Shown here piece by piece: positions 51,901-58,921 of a stretch of DNA of 64,000 bases; positions within the stretch are counted from its first letter, which is position 1, and every line of letters starts with the position of its first letter. Source of the stretch: Sedimentisphaerales bacterium (GTDB lineage: Bacteria > Planctomycetota > Phycisphaerae > Sedimentisphaerales > SM23-30); the NCBI GenBank assembly GCA_963663965.2, contig CAXXFK010000042.1:182613-246612 (forward strand). Reading direction: 5' to 3'. A program made the position numbers and the translations under genes. The notes under the pieces are model-generated. The model worked only from the letters and a program-made list of their open reading frames with translations. It did no database searches and was not told the DNA's origin.

Positions 51901-53537
51901 TGGCCTTGAGCGATCAATTGGTCAATCAATTCGGTGGCGACCGGGCCGGGCCCTATCTGATTCGTTCTCAGGCTTATGTCCTCAATGACAATCTGGTTTC
52001 CGCGCGGGCCGATCTTGACAAAGCCGGGCAACTTGAACCGGAAAATCCCGAAGTTTGGAACCGTATCAGTCTGTTTGATGAGATCGAGGGTAAAACGGCC
52101 AATGCCATTGCGGCTTGTCAGAAGGCGCTGGACCTGAGTCCCAACAATGCTGAATTGGCCCGCCGGCTGGTGGCCTTGCATCTGACTTCCGGTGACCCCG
52201 ATCTCCGGATCAAGGGCCGCAATGAATTGCTGCCGGCATTCCTGGAAAAATTCCCCGATCACACCGGGCTTAAATTTATTCAGGTGGGCCTGCTCCTGCA
52301 GGATGACAATCCTAGTATGGTAATGGACGCCGAACGCATTTTGGAAAAAATGGTAGCCGAACAACCGCTGAACCGGCTGGCCTGGAGTATGCTGATCGAT
52401 CGGGCGATGGCGGCCGGGCAGTCTTATAAAGCGGCTGATGAGAAAGACCCGGCTGACATGCAATTCCGTAAGGCGGTAGACTTGGCCAATAAGGCCTTGG
52501 GCTACTTGCCCGATAATGCGGCGTTAATGGTGCAAAAAGCCGCTGCCCAGGAACAAATCACCGGTATTACCGATGCGGAAGTGACCCTGAAACAATTACA
52601 AGAGCTATATAGTTCCAATTTACAGATTGCCGACCGGCTGGCGTCACTCTATATGCGACAGAATAAAATCGATCAGGCCATCGAAATTTATAATAATATG
52701 CTTGCTCACGCCAATTCCGATGATGAAAAAATGACGATCAGCGCCGGCCTGGCTGTCGCCACCTTTATGAAAGGCGAGGAACAGGCGGCTTGGGATCAGC
52801 TTCAGGCCATGCGCAAACAGGCTCCCGATAGTGTGATTCCGGTGATTGCCATGTCCCGGCTCTATGCTCGTCAGAAACAATGGGATCAGATCGCCGCGCT
52901 GGCCGATGCCTGGCATGCGGCCCATCCGGATGATCTTGATGCCCTGCGGCGAATAACAACAGAACTGGTAACTTCCAGGGATAAGCATCCACGCGATCTG
53001 GCCATAAAGTATCTTAACCTGATTGTGGCTAAAGATCCCCGGGATCAGCAATCGGCCCTGTACCTGGCGATCTTCCAGCAAAGTTCTGGTGAATCCAGCC
53101 AGGCCGCCAAAAATTACCAGAATATTCTGGCTCAACAGCCCGATAATTACACCGCCATGAACAATTATGCCTGGATCCTGTGTGAAGAGTTCAAGCAATA
53201 CGATCAGGCCCTCGAAATTGCCAATCGCGGCTTGGCGCTGGCGCCGAACTACCTTGATCTGGTTGATACTCGCGGCATGATCCAGTTTCGGATGGGCAAA
53301 TTCCAAGGGGCGCAGGTGGATTTCAAACGCTGTGTCGATGAATATGCCAAAAGCGCTCCCGGGCGCGTCGGCAGCATGTTTCACCTTGGTCGTACCCTGA
53401 TCAAACTTAATCTCGTCGAGGAGGGGAAACACTGGCTTAGAGAGGCTGAAGTTGCCAGTCAGGCATTTAAGAACTCTCCGATCCCTCCTCTCACTGACAA
53501 CGATCTGGAAGAAATCCGGCAACTTCTTGCTCAATGA
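48975..53537 (+). CDS. Large membrane-anchored tetratricopeptide-repeat protein (1520 aa)
   Basis: N-terminal TM followed by many TPR-like helices (A..L.P.N pattern, NNYAW, DTRG). Confidence 0.88.
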   Translation: MSKGRINWPVIIVAILAIAVVAGSAIGLRAWNRSNRMIQGKTQGLKAWDEQRWNDAASFLGRYLEVKQGLDVDDPEYPVYQDILYKYAQAQLKIRPRSRGNLTQAVNAFNILLRADWNKLNDEGKVNYLTSANSLAEIYIRQQPGEAVSVCERVIKAVEDTDFEKLSIDRKDKDIFWELHQKHLIALTLQRKYPQAGEEALAILAKKPDLIIAYEIMAQVVDKEPEKFEGSSIDWLNKAVQNNPELSQAWLVRAAYYNNLAGKNRRNQELVAKYIGQALSDTLKAVALQPGEINLKIQAALLLNQLDKPDDPQRSGLRQQAQGILNEVQQEDPLSLALWNARLVMASTGGSDQQVAEVVDQALATLTWQKWDLYPQAIEIYIQADELDKADSLIKEIRDSKMMESDVAFWQGWVAMRRNEVQTARESFERAYGLGQKDIRIRLFMAQLYAQIGDLLTAEYHLRALVAENTKSAALRLALARLLMQRGNYLDAEVHAQEAARLDPANGEAAVLVIQARLRNIESQNRDPDPVSWRNLKASVQNMAQGVPESTSIKLLQFRVALQEKQYDQARQILQQAALAAQAAQSESDSLAVKIAEVELMIEQHQDEQAIARLNEFISEYPDNTSLVTVLVQSYLKNKRYAECELVLREALTRFEKPIQKRELALQLADIYDLSEQNDKARELLQTMDTQLKEDIPLKRRRLNYLDLDIAQIIERRNGILSNDKKARTPELDDQEQQLRQQAQVIIDQIKAIEGETSGWQWRLEQARLWMLGDTFAAKQFDIDNLLNENVKNNNSDQDSRLLLAKSAERAGKLRLALSLYQEAYSRAPGSIPLQIEMARMNLAVGDQGAAEEFIDMLKKRDQSAAEGLGLSDEQRAIVMRLEMFLLSQKGDLDAVENILTQFIKENPGEISNRLTMINLKIRNGEYDQAETMLQAIRQENPDSYEAAVMEIQLANVRGQQQQGDAERKQARQQVLALSDQLVNQFGGDRAGPYLIRSQAYVLNDNLVSARADLDKAGQLEPENPEVWNRISLFDEIEGKTANAIAACQKALDLSPNNAELARRLVALHLTSGDPDLRIKGRNELLPAFLEKFPDHTGLKFIQVGLLLQDDNPSMVMDAERILEKMVAEQPLNRLAWSMLIDRAMAAGQSYKAADEKDPADMQFRKAVDLANKALGYLPDNAALMVQKAAAQEQITGITDAEVTLKQLQELYSSNLQIADRLASLYMRQNKIDQAIEIYNNMLAHANSDDEKMTISAGLAVATFMKGEEQAAWDQLQAMRKQAPDSVIPVIAMSRLYARQKQWDQIAALADAWHAAHPDDLDALRRITTELVTSRDKHPRDLAIKYLNLIVAKDPRDQQSALYLAIFQQSSGESSQAAKNYQNILAQQPDNYTAMNNYAWILCEEFKQYDQALEIANRGLALAPNYLDLVDTRGMIQFRMGKFQGAQVDFKRCVDEYAKSAPGRVGSMFHLGRTLIKLNLVEEGKHWLREAEVASQAFKNSPIPPLTDNDLEEIRQLLAQ

Positions 53538-53699
53538 TTGCCGCCTGCTGAAGCATTCATGATCTTCTGCCATTATGCAGCTATTCGAATCATCGGGTAT
53601 GGCGCTGTGTAAATAGCCGGTGATTGCGCCGATTGGTCTTCCGCTGATCTGTGCGATCTCCAGAAAATCTGCTACGCATTTCTTTTCTCAACGCTTTAA

Positions 53700-54014
53700 A
53701 TGAACGACTATCCCTCCAGAGATCCATCATTGGATTCCGACCCTCGTGATGTTATGATCAATCATTACCGGTTGATCGCTGTCCGTCAATGGTCCTTACT
53801 TAAGTCTTATTTTCAGCTGACTGACCGCGAACTCCAGATTGCCCAGTTGGTCTGTCAGGGGCTGGAAACTGATCCTATTGCCGGACTGCTTGCGATTTCA
53901 GCGGGTACGGTAAAAACGCACCTGAGGAATATTTATCGCAAAACCGGGGTACACAATAAAGTCTCACTGCTTCTGCTTTTCCTGAGAGAAATATATCACC
54001 AGGAAAAAGCGTAA
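53700..54014 (+). CDS. Stand-alone LuxR-type helix-turn-helix regulator
   Basis: LTDRELQIAQLVCQG...IAGLLAISAGTVKTHLRNIYRKTGV; no receiver domain. Confidence 0.9.
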   Translation: MNDYPSRDPSLDSDPRDVMINHYRLIAVRQWSLLKSYFQLTDRELQIAQLVCQGLETDPIAGLLAISAGTVKTHLRNIYRKTGVHNKVSLLLLFLREIYHQEKA

Positions 54015-54025
54015 CTATAATCAAT

Positions 54026-54051
54026 AACCGCAGGCCTTCTGCGGTTTTTTT
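54026..54051 (+). terminator. Rho-independent terminator
   Basis: AACCGCAG-gcctt-CTGCGGTT followed by a T run, just after the LuxR stop. Confidence 0.85.
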
Positions 54052-55124
54052 GTTAAGCTGTTTTTCAGAACGGGATTTTATTTCTGGAAACCAGGAATCA
54101 GACGAACCAGGGGTGATTCTCCCTGAGCTGAGACCAATCTTTGTTCTGATCATGCCAATCTATTTATTGGTCCTGTCTGGTTCATTTTCACTCAATTGCA
54201 CATCTCTAACCGCGTCGTAACCATTTCCTAATGCTATGGAATAAAATGATTTGTGTGCTATGATGGCACCGACCATACTGAAAGTTTGCGCATCTTACGC
54301 ATATTACCTCTTTTATCAGAATAATTTTTTAAAAAAATGAAAATGATGGAAAATACTAAGATGACAGGACTTGAATTATTCGTTTATTCTGGATATAATA
54401 TGGTAAAGTTTAACGACTGTATGGATTAATCAGTCTGTAACAATTATATAGGTTGAAACAGTGGATGGGAGAAAACTCATTATTCCTTCCTCTTTCCTTC
54501 CCCTGTCTGTTAACCGGTATGCCCGATCCCAAACCGTGTGGAGGGTTTGGAGTTGGGTTGGTGATCTTGTTCTGAATTGATAGCATGCGAAGCGGATGGT
54601 CTGCTTCAGATTGTTCTCAGTGTTGATATCGACACAAAGAATTATCATGATCTTTTTGTCTTTCAGCTGACCCTCAAAGATGGTAGTCAGCTTTGAGTCA
54701 AAGGCTTATTGTAGAGCCAGCAAATTAACATGAAGATGAACCCTGACATATTGGTTTTATGGATTGTTTCTCTCATTACTTTCGATATCCAGGAAGGCCA
54801 CGCTAACGACTGGCTGACTTCTTATTCTATAAAGCAATCTATGGGTGTTTGGCCACATGATCCCTATGCAAAGATTAATCTAACACTGGTTACGGGTATT
54901 AATCTTTTGCGACGCATTATGACTGTATCTACGATTAAGATAACCTGTCCAACTCTCAGCTTTGGACAGTTAAATATATATAGTAGGATCCGCTTCCCGA
55001 TATCAGCCCGAGTATACCTCAAATAATTTGCGAGGAAAATTAAGAAATAAATCGCATGGCTGGGTAACGATCCTTGAGTTTACGAAAACGATTAATTAAA
55101 TTGAAATTACTATCAGGAGATTTT

Positions 55125-55748
55125 ATGAAAAAGTTAATTTTTTTACTTGCACTTGTGTTCTTTATTGTGCCGGCGTCCGCAAACGTGACGCTCGAAATAG
55201 GTGGGCCTCCAGTCAACGTGACGTTTGCAAGCCTTTATGGGCATTCCCCTGCGGGCATCTATAATCTTAATGTTGAAGGCACCTTAGTTAAAGCTTTCTG
55301 CATTGATCTGAAGCAAACTTCGCCTTATTATGGTGGCATGTACGATGTTGTTGAGCTTAAAGATGCCCCCAAACCGTATGGCACTTATCCGAACTACCCA
55401 ATGCTCGAAACCAGAGCCAATAAAATCGCCAGTTTATGGGCGCAGTATTATAGTTCAGTTGATACGCTGGCGGAAGCTTCTGCATTTCAAATTGCAGTTT
55501 GGGAAATTGCCGTCGATAATAATGATGGTCTTGGAGCCGGGGATTACATGTATTCTGGGGTAGATTTAGCTTTAGCGAATACCTATCTGACGGAAATTAA
55601 TTGGCAATCCGGTATGGCTGGTGGTCTGGTAGCTTTAGTGAGTGATGATTACCAGTGCTATGTTACACAAGTTCCTGCTCCAGGCGCCATTATCTTAGGT
55701 GGCTTGGGCACGGCTTTCGTCGGCTGGATTCGTCGTCGTAAAGCCTGA
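55125..55748 (+). CDS. PEP-CTERM-type (VPAPG) exosortase substrate with thioester-domain-like motifs
   Basis: AGGAG SD, signal peptide MKKLIFLLALVFFIVPASA, C-terminal VPAPGAIILGGLGTAFVGWIRRRKA; FCIDL, FQIAVW and DYQCY motifs. Confidence 0.88.
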   Translation: MKKLIFLLALVFFIVPASANVTLEIGGPPVNVTFASLYGHSPAGIYNLNVEGTLVKAFCIDLKQTSPYYGGMYDVVELKDAPKPYGTYPNYPMLETRANKIASLWAQYYSSVDTLAEASAFQIAVWEIAVDNNDGLGAGDYMYSGVDLALANTYLTEINWQSGMAGGLVALVSDDYQCYVTQVPAPGAIILGGLGTAFVGWIRRRKA

Positions 55749-55818
55749 ATAATAATTGCATAGGATTTCTGTTTAAATTTGCTGGGCAAATGTGAATTTG
55801 CCTGCTTACAAACAAAAT

Positions 55819-55855
55819 GGCGCTGAAAGGGACCCCCTTTTCAACGCCTTTTTTT
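55819..55855 (+). terminator. Rho-independent terminator between the convergent PEP-CTERM genes
   Basis: GGCGCTGAAAGGG-accc-CCTTTTCAACGCC followed by T7. Confidence 0.8.
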
Positions 55856-55952
55856 CTATATCTCGTACCGGTATGGCTAAAGTGCGCATTAAAAAAGCGA
55901 CAACTGTTCAAGCTGCCGCTCTGGTTATTCTATGATGCCTGCGACTTTGGTC

Positions 55953-56693
55953 TTATTTCATATTCTTTCGCTGACGGATCCAGCCGACAAACATTGTGCC
56001 AAGACTGCTCAGCAACAACGCGCCTGGCGCCGGTACCGTGCCTTCGCCGACATAGCACTGATAGTTATCGCTGACATAAGCCCGCAGATTGATTGGGTCA
56101 GCATCGATATTTCCATCCAGACTGTTCAGCCAGCCCTGAGCCATATTCAAGGCATTGTCGAAATTCGTCTGGCTGGCACCTGGGGCATAGTCATTGGTCG
56201 CCCAGAAGCCGTTTCCACTGGAAAGATCATAAGCGGCGCCTTTTTCTTCGTGTACGATTTCCCAGATAGCCAACTGGAATGCGGCGGCGGTAACGCCATT
56301 TGACACACTGGCAATGTTTTCCGCCCATAACTCTCTGATATCATTTGCCTTCTTGTTATTCATCGGATAAATATCGTTGCCGTCATTGTCATCATAAGGT
56401 CTGGGGGCGTCTTGCAGGGCTACGATTTCATAGGGAACAGTATTCGTCGTTGCGTTCTGGCGAAGGTCGATGCAGAATACGCGTTCATGCGTGCCGTTAA
56501 CCAGAATATCATAGATACCAGCTGTTCCGGCATAATCACGGCTATAGGCTGGAGTGGCCCCGGTGCTTTGGAAATGGACTGATTTGCAACTAATTCCAGA
56601 GATAACTTTCTGGAAATCAACCGAAACGGTTGGATTCGCCATTGCCGGGACTGCGATTGCCAGTGCAATCAATGTCATCATAATTTTCTTCAT
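55953..56693 (-). CDS. PEP-CTERM-type (VPAPG) exosortase substrate, paralog of 55125-55748
   Basis: Signal peptide MKKIMMTLIALAIAVPAMA, C-terminal VPAPGALLLSSLGTMFVGWIRQRK; FCIDL, FQLAIW and NYQCY motifs. Confidence 0.88.
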   Translation of the reverse strand: MKKIMMTLIALAIAVPAMANPTVSVDFQKVISGISCKSVHFQSTGATPAYSRDYAGTAGIYDILVNGTHERVFCIDLRQNATTNTVPYEIVALQDAPRPYDDNDGNDIYPMNNKKANDIRELWAENIASVSNGVTAAAFQLAIWEIVHEEKGAAYDLSSGNGFWATNDYAPGASQTNFDNALNMAQGWLNSLDGNIDADPINLRAYVSDNYQCYVGEGTVPAPGALLLSSLGTMFVGWIRQRKNMK

Positions 56694-56791
56694 CTCTTTG
56701 ATCCTTTCTTTGCTTTACTATTAACTAGTCTATCTTGCTTTTTATCTTTTGACCGGGCCCCTCAGCCTCAGCCGCATAGATATGTTATTAT

Positions 56792-56807
56792 TGCAAACCT
56801 TATGCCA
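56792..56807 (-). promoter_or_regulatory. Sigma-54 (-24/-12) promoter
   Basis: Minus strand TGGCATA-AGGT-TTGCA with exact GG-N10-GC spacing, about 100 nt upstream of the PEP-CTERM start codon. Confidence 0.8.
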
Positions 56808-56921
56808 CAGAGATTGGCGGGCATGACTTTTTTGATAAATCTTATAACGTGTTGACATATAATTGTTTACGTAAAACAAGACTCTTCTGTGTTAAAATGG
56901 GAAAAATTAATCGATCGTAGA

Positions 56922-56942
56922 TGTTGGTAGTTTTTCCCAACA
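56922..56942. promoter_or_regulatory. Candidate enhancer (upstream activator site) for the sigma-54 promoter
   Basis: Inverted repeat TGTTGG-N9-CCAACA, 115-135 nt upstream of the -24 element. Confidence 0.4.
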
Positions 56943-57162
56943 ACCTGTGGTGTCCTATAATGTTGTCAATTTTGTATGTGATTTGTTAATAAATAGTTAT
57001 GTCATTAACAGCCATGAAACCACTCCGGTTCAGATTGTTGCAATTTGGATTTTACCCTTAACATTTTCACCCGGTTAGACTATAGTAACTTTCAGTCTTA
57101 GACTGTTTAATATTAAAAGCCAGGTAATACGTAAATTGAAATGATAGATACCATCTTTAATT

Positions 57163-57756
57163 ATGACTGAACTTCCGATAACTTCCAGCTCAGAGTCCAA
57201 AGACCGATCCAGGATCTCTGCCTGGCGGGATCCCGCCTCCCATGCCCGTATCTGGCCGGTTATGATGATTGGCTTAATAGTGGATTTATGGACCAAACAC
57301 TGGGCCCTTGCCACACTCGAATCCACTCCTGACCGCCCCGGCCGGGCTATTGAAATCATCGATGGTTATTTTCGTTTCGCCCTGGTCAAAAATCCCGGAG
57401 CGGTTTTTGGCTTTGCCGCGGGCGCCCGTGAAATTCTCATCACCGTATCTATTCTGGCTTTGCTTTTTATGATTTTCCTGTTTGTCAAATCCCATCCAGA
57501 CCACTGGCTCTGCCATATCTCATTGGGAATGCTGCTGGGCGGGGCGCTGGGGAATATTCACGATCGAGTTTTTCAGAATGGCCTGGTGACAGATTTCATT
57601 GAAGTGGATTTGGGGTTCTGGCCGGCCGATCCCTGGCCCAATTTTAATATCGCCGATTCTTTGTTATGTGTTGGAGTTGTGCTGCTCATGTGGCATCTCT
57701 TCCGGCTGGAACGAAAGAGCCGTCCTGAACATTCGGAGGGTGGGGCCGCTCGATGA
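57163..57756 (+). CDS. lspA: Lipoprotein signal peptidase II
   Basis: DLWTK, NPGAVFG, GGALGNIHDR, VTDFI, FNIADS (both catalytic Asp present). Confidence 0.95.
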   Translation: MTELPITSSSESKDRSRISAWRDPASHARIWPVMMIGLIVDLWTKHWALATLESTPDRPGRAIEIIDGYFRFALVKNPGAVFGFAAGAREILITVSILALLFMIFLFVKSHPDHWLCHISLGMLLGGALGNIHDRVFQNGLVTDFIEVDLGFWPADPWPNFNIADSLLCVGVVLLMWHLFRLERKSRPEHSEGGAAR

Positions 57757-57831
57757 ATCTCTCAGCAACGGCAGGCGGGCCGTGAACTATTTCTTTGAAT
57801 AGACAGATAATTGAATGAGGTGGTGGTTTCG

Positions 57832-58461
57832 TTAATGTTGACCGGCCAGACGCTTGAGTTGCTCTCGCTGAATATTCATGGAGATCTGGGTCAACCCTTT
57901 CATCAGACAGGTTTTGTCAGAACGTTTTTCACAGCAGACCATTCCATACCGGTAATAACCTTTTGCCATTTTTCGAATATTTCGTATTCGGGTCGGTCCG
58001 TGATAAATCTCGCCTTCGTATTCGATCTTGATATCGATTTTTTGATTTTGATATAAAACCAGCTTCGATTTCACGGCCATTCCGGAAGCGCTGATGTCCA
58101 GAATGTCACATAAATCCCGGTTATCCAGATGTGCTTTTAAGTCGGTTAATACCGTGATGGCGCGAAAGCATTCACGACTTTCCGCCGGTTCTACCTCGCC
58201 CTGTAAATGGCAGCTGGCCAGTCTGGACTTGGAAGTATCAATGATGCTGTCGATAATAGCATTTTGCCGGACAAATTTATTGCCATCTTTGAAGAAGATA
58301 GCTACTTCATGAGGGGGGGCGATAATATCGTAGATCCCTGAATTGAGAAAGATGATGGTGATCTGGTTATCGGTCTGTTCAAGGATGCGTGCGGCATGGA
58401 GCGTTCGATTCGTATTCCCCGGATCGATCTGAACGTGCACTATCTCATTGGGTTTGAACAT
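57832..58461 (-). CDS. PilZ domain protein (YcgR-like, c-di-GMP receptor)
   Basis: RECFR (RxxxR) and DISASG (DxSxxG) motifs. Confidence 0.85.
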   Translation of the reverse strand: MFKPNEIVHVQIDPGNTNRTLHAARILEQTDNQITIIFLNSGIYDIIAPPHEVAIFFKDGNKFVRQNAIIDSIIDTSKSRLASCHLQGEVEPAESRECFRAITVLTDLKAHLDNRDLCDILDISASGMAVKSKLVLYQNQKIDIKIEYEGEIYHGPTRIRNIRKMAKGYYRYGMVCCEKRSDKTCLMKGLTQISMNIQREQLKRLAGQH

Positions 58462-58921
58462 AAATATGATTTCCAGATTGAGTAAAGATATCTATTGTAT
58501 CGTTTGGATAAGCTGGGCGGTTAAGAAAAAAAGTCGTGCCGGCAATAAATATCTAACAGGGAAATTCCGGTTGATTTCATCGTTTCCGGATATGGGGTCT
58601 CTCGTGTTCCGATAAATAGGTTAATTGGGCGCCGATGGCATTAGCCGGACTGATGGTGCGGTCAAATTTGCTCCACGCCCGGTCGGATAAATCTGATAAT
58701 ATTCAGTAAGTATTGTCCGTTTTTAAATGAACTGCTTACAAAAATGAATCGATAATAACTATATGTTTAATTGTGACTTAAATAGAAAATAGCATTGAAT
58801 CAAGGATCTTTCTGCCAGGCATCTATGGGAAAAAGAATAATAGCAATAACTGAAATCAATTCGGTGTCGGTCAGAACACACAGAACGGTTAGCAGTCTCT
58901 TCTGAGTGGAACAGGATCAAT

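Noticed and set aside
51246..53573. 405-aa and 309-aa minus-strand ORFs
   Set aside because: Codon-register shadows of the TPR gene.
54730..55026. 98-aa ORF in the gap before the PEP-CTERM gene
   Set aside because: No clear SD, motif or family resemblance; cannot be supported as a gene.
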